NCBI GenBank assembly: GCA_963754875.1
Contig: CAVWHO010000015.1
Location: 96,001-160,000 of the forward strand
Source: Nitrospirota bacterium
GTDB taxonomy: Bacteria; Nitrospirota; UBA9217
Reading direction: 5' to 3'
DNA: 64,000 bases
The position numbers and the translations under genes were made by a program. Below the pieces are notes generated by a model, which saw nothing but the letters and a program-made list of their open reading frames with translations, was not told the origin of the DNA and did not search any database. This document shows positions 1 to 10,382 of the stretch, in pieces (position 1 is the first letter of the stretch; each line of letters opens with the position of its first letter).

Positions 1-257
1 TTGCAGGCAAAAAAGAACTTCGTATTCAGGATAGTCCTGGGTCGCAGAAGCTCGCCAGGTTGTCGAAAAGGTTGTCGTCGAGTCCCCTGAGCGGTTTCAG
101 GATCGAGACTGGCGGTGAATAGTTCATGTCCTGAGCTGATGTCCGGGTGGACGGTTTTGCGCTTTCTCTTGATGAGCGAATAGGCAGCACCAATCTGAAA
201 CAGGTAGAGAATGGTTCCTAAGATTGAGATCGCCGCACATATGACAAAGAAAGTCAT
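1..257 (-). CDS. HpnI/ceramide glucosyltransferase-like GT2 (GT21-like) glycosyltransferase, 5' part, runs off window; two apparent frameshifts
   Basis: Manual translation. RBS AAGGAGG, ATG at 257, N-terminal TM segment (MTFFVICAAISILGTILYLFQIGAAYSLI). After frame changes it reads PPVSILKPLRGLDDNLFDNLASFC/TQDYPEYEVLF, matching the HpnI-family N-terminal motif. Not in the ORF track. Confidence 0.8.
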   Translation of the reverse strand, partial: MTFFVICAAISILGTILYLFQIGAAYSLIKRKRKTVHPDISSGHELFTASLDPETAQGTRRQPFRQPGELLRPRTILNTKFFFAC

Positions 258-339
258 GTGGCTCCTCCTTTAGTTTTTTTCGGGACCAAGGCAACCGCGT
301 TGCCGTGAATCACGCCGACATGGTCGGCTCGCTCCAAAC

Positions 340-1032
340 TCAATTCCTGAAGAGCGTGATCGCTACTCCTTTGTTGTGCCGTATGCAATTTTTCACCGAG
401 TCCACGTTCTTTTCGCAGTTCAGCAGCGTTTTCCATGAGTACAAGTGCCGGGCCTTGTGAAAATCGCTGTTGGCGATATAGGGGTATTTTTTCAGGCTGA
501 TCACATTGAACACGTCGTCCCGGTTCGCGATCTCCCAGGCATCGATGTATTTTGCGTACTTGTCGCGGTTGTTCCAGAGAAAGAGCGTGTCGGGGTTCAT
601 CATGTCCGGCGTATGATGAGGATGGCAGGCGACCGTCAGGGTGTCCTGGCGCTTTGCTTCGAGAAAGATCTCTTCGTAGCTCATGCAGGCGGGAACGAAT
701 TCCTTGATGTCCAGAATAAGCAGGTGGGCCGATTCGTCCTTTGATATATAATTCTTGCTGATCTCTACACCCGGGATCACGAGCATCCCGTATTTCTCCC
801 ATGCCCGCGCCCTTTCGCTACGGACCGTGGAAAGATATTCATCGAAGTTGTCTCCCCTGACGGACAGGTTGAAGCTTCTCGCGAATTTTCCCATCACGTT
901 GTCGCCGTTTACGACATGGTCGGTGATCGCAATGACATCAAAACCGGCCTGCCCGAAAAGATCGACCGTCTTTCTCATCTCCAGCGAGCCGTCGGAAAAG
1001 GTGGTGTGAATATGAAAGTCACACAAAAGCAT
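340..1032 (-). CDS. PHP-domain metal-dependent phosphoesterase
   Basis: CDFHIHTTFSDG, IAITDH, GVEIS, CHP and ANSDFH are the PHP metal-ligand motifs. Confidence 0.9.
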   Translation of the reverse strand: MLLCDFHIHTTFSDGSLEMRKTVDLFGQAGFDVIAITDHVVNGDNVMGKFARSFNLSVRGDNFDEYLSTVRSERARAWEKYGMLVIPGVEISKNYISKDESAHLLILDIKEFVPACMSYEEIFLEAKRQDTLTVACHPHHTPDMMNPDTLFLWNNRDKYAKYIDAWEIANRDDVFNVISLKKYPYIANSDFHKARHLYSWKTLLNCEKNVDSVKNCIRHNKGVAITLFRN

Positions 1033-1039
1033 TGAATAT

Positions 1040-1093
1040 ACCTTACACTCCCGCTGTTACAGGAACATGAAGGAACTGTTAAGTTTTCGTTAA
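1040..1093 (-). promoter_or_regulatory. Pho-box-like promoter of the PHP-GT operon
   Basis: Minus-strand TTAAC/TTAAC/TTCAT/GTAAC (plus-strand starts 1089, 1078, 1067, 1056; exact 11-bp period), then 10 nt, then -10 TAAGGT. Confidence 0.75.
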
Positions 1094-1111
1094 ATAATCA
1101 TTCATGCCGCC

Positions 1112-1369
1112 TTACCGCCTATACCGGCGAGAAGCATGCCGGTCTCCGGGGCGTCTGCATTCGAGCACCAGCGACTCGATCACCTGCTCGATGTCCTCGT
1201 GTCTTACGCGCTGCTCGGGCGTCATGGAAAGCACTGCTTTTTTCATGCGCGTCTCGAACGGTTCTCCGCCTTCGATGACGTCATGATCAACGATGGTTAC
1301 GTTGAGGGGGTCGGTGAAATAGATGTCGCTCACAACGCCGCTTTCGATCTTTATGATGATATGGTTCAT
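1112..1369 (-). CDS. hypothetical protein (85 aa)
   Basis: ORF with AAGGAG RBS and its own Pho-like promoter; no recognised family. Confidence 0.7.
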   Translation of the reverse strand: MNHIIIKIESGVVSDIYFTDPLNVTIVDHDVIEGGEPFETRMKKAVLSMTPEQRVRHEDIEQVIESLVLECRRPGDRHASRRYRR

Positions 1370-1462
1370 AGTATTTCTCCTTGCACTGTTTATTTACGGC
1401 ACTTCATTGCTGATTTTTATGAAAATCCTATGATGCTGTTGAGTCTTTCAATGAATGGACAG

Positions 1463-1516
1463 ATGATAGAGGAGAGGTATTACGGCAGTATGAAGAAAAC
1501 ATGAAAGTTCGATTAA
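1463..1516 (-). promoter_or_regulatory. Pho-box-like promoter
   Basis: Repeats ATTAC/ATGAA/ATGAA/ATTAA (plus strand) at 1479, 1490, 1501, 1512. On the minus strand, -10 TATCAT lies 10 nt after the last repeat. Confidence 0.7.
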
Positions 1517-1624
1517 ATTTTCTGATTGGCCCAGATCAGCAGGCCAAAACAGGTTGCAGCCGTCGTCGGGCTGTGCTGGATGTTAGCAGGACTATCGGGA
1601 GATACTTGTTTCGAAAACAACTTA

Positions 1625-1723
1625 TCACATTCCGCGAATGATAAGGACAATGAATAAGATACCGATGAGCAGCCCTGCTGCAGTCAGAATGTATTCAATT
1701 GCTTTCAGCATAGTTTTATTCAT
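1625..1723 (-). CDS. small single-TM protein (32 aa, MNKTMLKAIEYILTAAGLLIGILFIVLIIRGM)
   Basis: Manual translation; GGAGG RBS; hydrophobic helix; tandem stops TGA TAA. Too short for the ORF track. Confidence 0.65.
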   Translation of the reverse strand: MNKTMLKAIEYILTAAGLLIGILFIVLIIRGM

Positions 1724-1758
1724 GCCTAATTACCTCCACATTTTTCCCCGGCTGCACG

Positions 1759-1989
1759 TTACTGCTGCCCTAATAAACGTTCTTTAACGCCCCTGCTGAC
1801 AAGAATCGGAAGGAAGGTTTTCACTTTGATGTTCTTTTCCAGTTCTTCCAGCACTTCCCGATAGGACCTGTTAACAACTTCCGCCGGCATGCCGAGTTCA
1901 TGCACAAGCCTGTCGATGGCTCGTACGTGCTGATCATTGTCTTCGTTGTAGCCGGACCGGGAAATATTCAAAGACGTCTGCTTCAACAT
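1759..1989 (-). CDS. DUF3562-like small helical protein
   Basis: AIDRLVHELGMP...KVKTFLPILVSRGVKERL resembles DUF3562; AAGGAG RBS. Confidence 0.65.
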   Translation of the reverse strand: MLKQTSLNISRSGYNEDNDQHVRAIDRLVHELGMPAEVVNRSYREVLEELEKNIKVKTFLPILVSRGVKERLLGQQ

Positions 1990-2053
1990 GGCAATTCTCC
2001 TTCTCGGTTCGAAATATGACTCCGCATATACTGTTGACCGATTTTGGTCGGAT

Positions 2054-2263
2054 TCAGTTTCCTCTCAAGACCTTCGCAAGAAACACGGGGCAGCAATCGA
2101 AGTCTTCCGTAAGACAGTAGGTCATGTTTTTCCGTTGGTCAATGCGCATCGTCATGACCGATGCGGAGCAATACTGGCTATGAGCTTTCCTGTAGGGACA
2201 AATTGAATCCTCGGTGCCGCTGACCGGCGCCTTATTTCCGAAAGTAGTTTGAGCAATGTACAT
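2054..2263 (-). CDS. small Cys-rich hypothetical protein
   Basis: GGAGG RBS; Cys pattern CPY..YCSAS..YCLTEDFDCCP. Confidence 0.7.
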   Translation of the reverse strand: MYIAQTTFGNKAPVSGTEDSICPYRKAHSQYCSASVMTMRIDQRKNMTYCLTEDFDCCPVFLAKVLRGN

Positions 2264-2285
2264 GGTATCCTCCTGTTGTGTACCG

Positions 2286-2339
2286 ATACTACACGATGAA
2301 TGTTACAGGAGTATGATGTTCTCGTTACATGATCGTGAA
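2286..2339 (-). promoter_or_regulatory. Pho-box-like promoter
   Basis: GTTAC/ATGAT/GTTAC/GTGAA at 2302, 2313, 2324, 2335. On the minus strand, -10 TAGTAT lies 10 nt downstream. Confidence 0.75.
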
Positions 2340-2373
2340 ATAATCAGTGAGCTAGCGCACAGAAAAATGTCGG

Positions 2374-3638
2374 TTAGATCTTCGACCGGCTCTGGATCAG
2401 GTAGGCATAATAGGTTGCGGCGCTTGTGGGGGAACGCTTGAGCGTCTTGAAGTCGACCCGGTAGAGGCCGAACCGGGCATCGAGTCCCTGGAGCCATTCG
2501 TAGTTGTCGATGAGGGTCCAGTAAAAATAGCCCCGCACATCGAGCCCGTCCTTCAGGCACCGCTCGACGACGTCCACATGGCGTTTCATGTATTTTACCT
2601 TTTCCTCGGTATCGTGCGTTGCAATGCCGTTCTCGGTGATGATGAGCGGGACATCGAGCCGCGAAGCGTAGCGGAGGACCTTTGCCAGGCCGCGCGGGTG
2701 GACTTCCCATCCGAGATTCGTCAGGCCGTGGCCGTCAATGTCCGGATAGCGGAGTTCCACTCCCATCTTCTTGAACGGATTGAACCGGAGGTGGATGCGG
2801 GTATAGTAGTTCACGCCGAAGAAATCGAGCTTGTCCTTGATCGGGACCTCGATCTCCACTGCGCGGGAAAAGGGAAATTTGACGATGAAGACCCCGGTCC
2901 GGAACGCATTGATGATCGAGTGATTGTAGAAGTAGTTTGCCGATTTCTTCAGGAGCCGGTCGAGGGGGTTCCATTTTTTCCAGGGGGCGAACACGGACAT
3001 GTTGTGCGCGATGCTGACCCGGGCATCGGGGACATAGTCGATGGATGATGTCGTAAGCCTTGCCGTGGCAGGTGAATATATTTTTGAGCGCCACGAGGGA
3101 CACGGGGAACGTCCCGGAGGCCGGGAGGCGTGCAGCCGTCGAGGTAGCCGCCGATCAGGATGACATAGGGCTCATTGAAGGTTATCCAGTATCGGACGTT
3201 CCTGAGCGTCGAGACCATCATCTCGGTGTAGCGCAGGAATTTCTCGATGGACGCGGACCAGTGCCAGGGCGACCGCTCCAGAAACCAGCGGGGATGGGTA
3301 AAATGGTGGAGCGTGACCATGGGCTCGATGTTGTAGCTTCGCAGGATGTCGATGATCTCCTGGTAGTGCGCGATGGCCTCTTCGTCCCAGGTGTCTTCGC
3401 GCGGCTGGATCCTGCTCCATTCGAGGAGAAGCGATAGGCATTGACGCCCAGTTCCTTCAGGAGTTTGAGGTCCTCCCGGAAAAGGGCATAGTGGTTCGTT
3501 ATCAGCGGGGATGTCCCTTAAGACGGGGTCCCAGGTCGTCCAGTCCGCGTTGGGAGAGCCTTCGAGCTGAAAAGCCGATGTCGCAACGCCCCACTGAAAG
3601 TCTTCCGGGAAAATGGGCCTCTTTGTCCGGTCCCCCAT
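2374..3638 (-). CDS. glycoside hydrolase family 1 beta-glucosidase, split by several frameshifts (~3030-3520)
   Basis: FQWGVATSAFQLEG, EWSRIQP, VTLHHF, TFNEP (acid/base), GVNYY, ITENG (nucleophile) and WTLIDNYEW are spread over ORFs 2949-3638, 2735-3103 and 2374-3000. Confidence 0.9.
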
Positions 3639-3756
3639 GTGAAACTCACTTTCCTTTCTCTATCTCCAGTGGAAGAGCATCAGAAGAAGTATTGTCAGAG
3701 AAATCGCAAACAACACAATATCCTCAATTTTGCCGAGAGGATTCTTATTCATGCTG

Positions 3757-4182
3757 TTATCCATGTTTCGCCGTTTCCATTTCCTGGACTTTTTCCGGGG
3801 AGAACACAACGGCCAGCGTCCTGATTCCTCCGATTACTAGAATCAATACCGCAAGCGCAATGATCATTCCCTGCTGCAGGCTGTGCTGGTAAAGCCCGAT
3901 CATGATTTCACGAAGAACGAAAACGAGTGCTGCGTCGGTGATGAAGGTTATTTTAAGCCGGTGCACTGAAAAATATTCAATAATACTACGCAGCAGTTCG
4001 ATGACGATAAACATCGAAAGGATGTTGGTCACCATCAAGTCAAAGGCGACCGCCAGCGTCTGGCTCCCGAAAATGGACCGCAGGTCCAGAATGACCCGCG
4101 CGATTCCCATCAGAAGAGCGATGATGACGAGCGGTATCATGAATTTGATCATGCCGTCAACGATCCTAGTAAAGTATTTCAT
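3757..4182 (-). CDS. psiE: phosphate-starvation-inducible PsiE family membrane protein
   Basis: Four TM helices; ILSMFIVIELLRSIIEY and ITFITDAALVFVLREI motifs. Start chosen by AAGGGAG RBS; an upstream ATG at 4293 is possible. Confidence 0.8.
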   Translation of the reverse strand: MKYFTRIVDGMIKFMIPLVIIALLMGIARVILDLRSIFGSQTLAVAFDLMVTNILSMFIVIELLRSIIEYFSVHRLKITFITDAALVFVLREIMIGLYQHSLQQGMIIALAVLILVIGGIRTLAVVFSPEKVQEMETAKHG

Positions 4183-4328
4183 TAAAGCTGTCTCTCCCTT
4201 ATCATCAGTAAAATCCACTTCGTAATTGTTGGAATGCGTGGATGTTTCTCGCCGGATCTCGATGCCTAACTGCGCTGCTGAGTATTTCCGCATTGGTTGC
4301 CGTCACGGAGCGCGCTGTATGAAGCGAA

Positions 4329-4382
4329 ACTATACTCCAGCGCTGTTACATCGGCATTACAGTTTGATGACAAGTTGATGAA
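4329..4382 (-). promoter_or_regulatory. Pho-box-like promoter of psiE-GH1
   Basis: GTTAC/ATTAC/ATGAC/ATGAA at 4345, 4356, 4367, 4378. On the minus strand, -10 TATAGT lies 10 nt downstream. Confidence 0.8.
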
Positions 4383-4460
4383 AAGAATCTTATGTGGGTT
4401 GGGAAATCGGGATGATCGTAATGGAGGGTGTTTAAATACGCGCTTTGGAACTGCACTGCT

Positions 4461-5156
4461 TCACAGGTCGGCGTCCACGTAATAGCCTACTCCCCTTCGG
4501 GTCTTGAGGCACGCGGGATTTGAAGGATCATCTTCGATCTGGGTCCGGAGCCTCCGGATATGGACGTCGACGGTCCTCGGTTCGATAAATGCCTCGCCCT
4601 TCCACACCGCATCCAAAAGTTGTTCCCGGCTGAATACCTTGCCTTTTCGCTGAACGAGATACAGGAACAGTTTAAATTCCGTTGCGCTGAGCTCCAAAGG
4701 GGTAGTGCCCTTGCTAACGCTGTAGGTCTCCGTATTGATGCTCAGTTTCCCGATGCGGATAATCTTTTGCGTTGCTGTTTTTTCACCTGCTCGCCTCAAC
4801 ACTGCCCTGATTCGCGCGACGAGCTCTCTGACACTGAACGGTTTTGTCATGTAATCGTCTGCGCCGCTTTCCAGTCCCAGTACCCTGTCCATCTCTTCGC
4901 CTTTTGCCGTAAGCATGATAATAGGAGTGACGGCTGTTTTGGGGTCGTTCTTCAAGATGCGGCAGAGTTCCCCGCCCTGGATATAGGGAAGCATGAGGTC
5001 GAGAACCACCAGATCAAATTTGTCTTTCCTGATTTTATTGAGTGCTTCTTCTCCGTCTGAAGCTGTCGTGACCTTGAATCCGTCTTTTTTGAGATTGTAG
5101 GATAGGAGATCGACAATATCCGGCTCGTCATCAACGATCAGTATTTTATTATTCAT
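4461..5156 (-). CDS. phoB: OmpR-family response regulator, PhoB/PhoP-like
   Basis: REC domain (VDDE, LDLMLP, GADDYMTKPFS) plus winged helix (RTVDVHIRRLR, TRRGVGY); adjacent to psiE and the Pho-like boxes. Confidence 0.8.
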   Translation of the reverse strand: MNNKILIVDDEPDIVDLLSYNLKKDGFKVTTASDGEEALNKIRKDKFDLVVLDLMLPYIQGGELCRILKNDPKTAVTPIIMLTAKGEEMDRVLGLESGADDYMTKPFSVRELVARIRAVLRRAGEKTATQKIIRIGKLSINTETYSVSKGTTPLELSATEFKLFLYLVQRKGKVFSREQLLDAVWKGEAFIEPRTVDVHIRRLRTQIEDDPSNPACLKTRRGVGYYVDADL

Positions 5157-5349
5157 GAGCGTAGTTATAACATACCGTCAAAGAGAAATTCAATAGCAGG
5201 GGGAAGATTTAACAGAAATGTAACATTAGTCCGCGTGATGGGAAAAGAGGACCGGCTGGATTGATGAACAAAAAATGCACTCGATCGGGGATGTATCCGC
5301 TCGCTTCACTTCAGCAATACATTGTCAATTTTTCGCGCAACGGGAACAC

Positions 5350-6433
<1,084 letters not shown>

Positions 6434-6510
6434 GAACGCTATCTCCGGAAGGTAAAGAATATTTGTCGTGCAACGGCTAAAGCCACAGCGGGACTGTGGT
6501 TAATAAAGTT

Positions 6511-7041
6511 TCATTCCTGTTCCTCGTGCCAGGTCAGGTTTGCGACCTCCACCTTCTTTAATCGTTTCAACAGGACCTCCCCGGTATGGGTATAAAAAAA
6601 TATCTTTCGTCCCTGGAGGCCGCCGACGTCTTTCACGTTGAGCTTCAGACCTTCGGCGTGAAGGATCTTCTCGGCGGAGATGATGTTCTGCCTGCCGACA
6701 GACACCGCGCCCGGCCGTTCGATCCCGCGCGTGAACATATCGGCCCCGCCGAAGCATTTTACTTCGATCTCTCCGCGCCGCACCTTGTAGCGGTCAAAGA
6801 TCCGGACCATCCGCTGGATAGAACAATCAACGTACTTGAGCCCTTCGAGACAGTCGCCGTAGCATTCCTTCTGCCCGCTGCACTTCGGCAAGAGGCCGTG
6901 GCAGATCGCCCCCAACCCTCTGCGGCGATGGAACATCGTGACGGACAGGCAGGAGCCGAGCACGGTGACAACCACCGCAGGCTCTTCGGAAAAATACATC
7001 TCTTCTGGCTTGAGATAGACTAAGGGGAATTGCTCTTTCAA
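6511..7041 (-). CDS. cheD: chemoreceptor glutamine deamidase CheD
   Basis: TVLGSCLSV, CHGLLP, KCFGGA, VGRQN, DVGG motifs. Confidence 0.93.
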   Translation of the reverse strand: MKEQFPLVYLKPEEMYFSEEPAVVVTVLGSCLSVTMFHRRRGLGAICHGLLPKCSGQKECYGDCLEGLKYVDCSIQRMVRIFDRYKVRRGEIEVKCFGGADMFTRGIERPGAVSVGRQNIISAEKILHAEGLKLNVKDVGGLQGRKIFFYTHTGEVLLKRLKKVEVANLTWHEEQE

Positions 7042-7045
7042 TCGT

Positions 7046-7936
7046 TCACACTACCTTCCGGTAAATAGTCGACGACATTCGAATGAGGGGAAGGTCGAAC
7101 CCATGTACGGTCTCGGAATGTCCGAGGAAGAGGTATCCGTCCCGTTTGATGTACCTGCAGAGCCGGTCCAGCAGGGCGCCCTGCGTCGGCCGGTCGAAAT
7201 AGATGATAACGTTCCGGCAGAAGATCGCATCGAGGGACGCTTCCCGCAGGGGGTATTTTTTATCCATCAGGTTGAGCCGCTGGAATGCGATGCCGGACCG
7301 GAGCTCGGAAACCACGCGCACCTGGCCTTTGGCCCGGTCTTTGCTCCGCAGAAAATATTTTTGCTTCAAAAACAGCGGGATCATCGAGATCTGGTTTTCG
7401 TCGTAGATGCCGTCTTTGGCTTTGTCAAGGACCTTTGTCGATATGTCCGTGGCCATGATCGTGAATTTGAAACCCGGGTTCTGGCGCTCAAATTCACTCA
7501 TCACCAAAGCAAGCGTATAAGGTTCTTCACCTGAGGAACAAGCGGAGCTCCATACCGTAAAGGGGGCACGCATGCGGCTGTCGCCCCCTTGCATGAACTC
7601 AGGAAGCACGGTCTCGGAAAGAAACGAAAAGTGGACCGGCTCGCGGAAAAAATCTGTCTTGTTCGTCGTCACCGCGTCGATCATGTGGACCAGTTCGCTG
7701 CTGCCGTCCGGTGCCTTGAAGATGAGGTCGCAATATTCCCGGAACGAGTTGACGCCCAGAAGCCTGAGCCGTTTCTGGAGCCGCGACTCGAGCATGGTCC
7801 TTTTGACCGGCGGCATTTTGATTCCGCAGTGACCGTAGATGAAACGGCTCAGGCGCTCGAAGTCCTGTGTGGTCATCTTGTGCGTGGTATCGATATAGGT
7901 ACGGCTCTCACTCATAGGATTTGCCTGTTGTACCAC
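7046..7936 (-). CDS. cheR: chemotaxis methyltransferase CheR
   Basis: TTNKTDFFRE, WSSACSSGEEPY, ATDIS, FCRNVIIYF, GHSE motifs. Confidence 0.95.
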   Translation of the reverse strand: MVQQANPMSESRTYIDTTHKMTTQDFERLSRFIYGHCGIKMPPVKRTMLESRLQKRLRLLGVNSFREYCDLIFKAPDGSSELVHMIDAVTTNKTDFFREPVHFSFLSETVLPEFMQGGDSRMRAPFTVWSSACSSGEEPYTLALVMSEFERQNPGFKFTIMATDISTKVLDKAKDGIYDENQISMIPLFLKQKYFLRSKDRAKGQVRVVSELRSGIAFQRLNLMDKKYPLREASLDAIFCRNVIIYFDRPTQGALLDRLCRYIKRDGYLFLGHSETVHGFDLPLIRMSSTIYRKVV

Positions 7937-8066
7937 TCGGTGATGTGTTCTTGCGGATCAACGCTCCTTGTCGGATCGAGGATGAGATGAGAGGTGGAAA
8001 GCGGTCAGGCCTGCGGCCCGGGAAGAGAGATCAGGGGCGGCTCTTTCTTCCCGGACCAGTATTCTC

Positions 8067-8591
8067 CTATGCGACTGCCGATTTTGCTTCTTCTGCCTGG
8101 GTACTGTCCTGCACCGTCTGCACGAGCGCAAGTTCGCTGGTGGAGAATACCTTATCGATGTCGAGGATGATGATGAAATTGTTGTTTTGTTTTCCCATGC
8201 CTTTAATAAATTCCGTGTTTAATCTCGTGCCGATCTTCGGGGCCGGCTCGACCTGGCCTGCTTCGAGGTCCATCACTTCCTGCACTGAATCTGCAAGCGC
8301 TCCGAGAATGGTGGTCTCGTTGTCCACCGTCACTTCCGCAATGATGATGCAGGTGTTCACCGTCTTCTCGGTCTTCGTCATGCCGAACTTGAGCCGCAGG
8401 TCGACCACCGGCACCACGCTGCCCCGCAGGTTGATCACCCCGCGCATGAACTCCGGCGTCCGCGGGACCCTGGTGATCGTCGTGAAGTCCAGGACCTCGC
8501 GCACCTTCGTGATATCGAGGGCAAATACTTCATCGTCGAGTTTGAACGTCAAATACTGCGTTGTTTCCATAATGCCTGATGTGCTCATCAA
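8067..8591 (-). CDS. cheW: CheW
   Basis: QYLTFKL, ITRVPRTPEFMRGVINLRGSVVPVVDLR. Confidence 0.95.
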   Translation of the reverse strand: MMSTSGIMETTQYLTFKLDDEVFALDITKVREVLDFTTITRVPRTPEFMRGVINLRGSVVPVVDLRLKFGMTKTEKTVNTCIIIAEVTVDNETTILGALADSVQEVMDLEAGQVEPAPKIGTRLNTEFIKGMGKQNNNFIIILDIDKVFSTSELALVQTVQDSTQAEEAKSAVA

Positions 8592-8691
8592 AGCCTCCTT
8601 GTGATGCAGAAGTCAGAAGCCAGAATCCAGATCGGAAATCTTGGCTGGATTTCTCCTGACTACTGAATGCTGACTCCTGTCTCCTTTTTTT

Positions 8692-10359
8692 TCAGAATTT
8701 CTCAAACTCCACATCCCGTAAATCTTCGTTACCCTTCATTTTATTATGCCCCATGTTCAACGCCACGCCGCTCTGTTTGACTGTGGCACCTGTGACCTGG
8801 GTTTTCGGGAGCAACTGCACAACCTGTACTTTATGAGTGGGCGCTGCGGGCTTCGACGCGGCTCTGGCAACATGCCTCGTTTCCGATTCTCCGGTCTTGA
8901 AGAACCCGATCGTGCTCTGGAGCTGTTCGGCCTGGGACGAAAGCTCCTCGGCAGTAGAGGACACTTCTTCCGCTGCTGCGGCGTTCTGCTGGATCACCTG
9001 ATTAAGCTGCTCGATCGCCGTGTAAATCTGGCCTGCACCCGTGGTCTGCTCCTTCGAGGCCGCGCTGATCTCCCGCACCAGCTCCGCGGTCTTCTGGATG
9101 TCCGGCACCAGCTTGGCCAGCATCTGGCCGGCCCTTTCTGCGACTTCGACGCTTGTGGTTGACAGCTTGCCGATCTCGCCTGCCGCAGTCTGGCTCCGTT
9201 CCGCAAGCTTCCGTACTTCCGAAGCCACCACGGCAAAACCCTTCCCGTGCTCGCCGGCGCGGGCCGCTTCGATCGCTGCATTCAAAGCCAGCAGGTTCGT
9301 CTGGCGGGAGAGCTCTTCAATAATGGCGATCTTCGATGCGATGTCCTTCATGGCCCCTACGGTCGCGGTTACTGCCTTGCCGCTCTCCAGGGCGTGGGTG
9401 GCGGACTTGAAGGCGATCTTTTCGGTCTGTGACGCGTTGTCCGCGTTCTGTCTGATCGAGGCGTTCATCTCCTCGACCGAGGATGACGCTTCTTCCGCCG
9501 CCGCTGCCTGCTCCGTCGCGCCCTGGGACATCTGCTCCGCGCCCGCGGCGAGCTGCTGGCTGCCTGATGCCACGTTGTCCGATGCGCCCTTCACGTCTGC
9601 AACCACGGGCCGCAGACGCTCGACCATGTTTTTCATCGCCATCAGCAATCGGCCCGTTTCGTCCATAGCGCTTGCCTCGATATCGACGTTCAGATTGCCT
9701 TCAGACATGTCGTTTGACACAGCCACAGCCTTGGCCAGCGGTTTAAGCATGAGATGGACGATAGCTATGACAAATCCGGTCATCGTTAACACGCCGATCA
9801 ATCCGAGCACAATATAAAAATATTGCATTGACTTGATCCTGCCAAACGACGCCGTGAGCGGCACCTTAATGCTGATGGCCCCAAGGACCGTCCCTTCACT
9901 TACCCGATGGCAAGAAAGGCAGTTTTTCCCCATGAGGTCTGATTTCGCAATGTAGGGATATACTCCTCGGATGGAGGCGCCCTCAATCACCACTCGTTCT
10001 ACGCCGTTTTTTAGAACCTCTTTTTCAAGGGGGTCTGATTCATAGTCTTTGACGTCCCCGCGTCCAAAGTCCTGGTCCACAACTTCTGATCGTATCACCC
10101 GGAGGTCAATACTTTTTTGCATTTGATCAAGAAATGGTCTTTTCGTCTCTTTAATGTTGTTCGCCAACATCATTGTCGTAAGGGTATTTAAAATGGTATC
10201 TCTATACCCCTCAAGAGTTGAATGCTCCACCTCTCGAAAGACAATAAGCTCTGTCTTGTAACCGGTGACTATTGTCATAGCCGTTATTCCTATTGCAATA
10301 AAGAAAATGATGGGCACAGTCAGCTTGAACTTTAACGAAAGACTCTTAAAATTTTTCAT
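8692..10359 (-). CDS. methyl-accepting chemotaxis protein with periplasmic CxxCH motif, HAMP and C-terminal pentapeptide EFEKF
   Basis: Two TMs; [34 protein letters not shown] hairpin tip. Confidence 0.95.
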   Translation of the reverse strand: MKNFKSLSLKFKLTVPIIFFIAIGITAMTIVTGYKTELIVFREVEHSTLEGYRDTILNTLTTMMLANNIKETKRPFLDQMQKSIDLRVIRSEVVDQDFGRGDVKDYESDPLEKEVLKNGVERVVIEGASIRGVYPYIAKSDLMGKNCLSCHRVSEGTVLGAISIKVPLTASFGRIKSMQYFYIVLGLIGVLTMTGFVIAIVHLMLKPLAKAVAVSNDMSEGNLNVDIEASAMDETGRLLMAMKNMVERLRPVVADVKGASDNVASGSQQLAAGAEQMSQGATEQAAAAEEASSSVEEMNASIRQNADNASQTEKIAFKSATHALESGKAVTATVGAMKDIASKIAIIEELSRQTNLLALNAAIEAARAGEHGKGFAVVASEVRKLAERSQTAAGEIGKLSTTSVEVAERAGQMLAKLVPDIQKTAELVREISAASKEQTTGAGQIYTAIEQLNQVIQQNAAAAEEVSSTAEELSSQAEQLQSTIGFFKTGESETRHVARAASKPAAPTHKVQVVQLLPKTQVTGATVKQSGVALNMGHNKMKGNEDLRDVEFEKF

Positions 10360-10382
10360 TTGGTCCTCCTTGTCCTGCGCCC

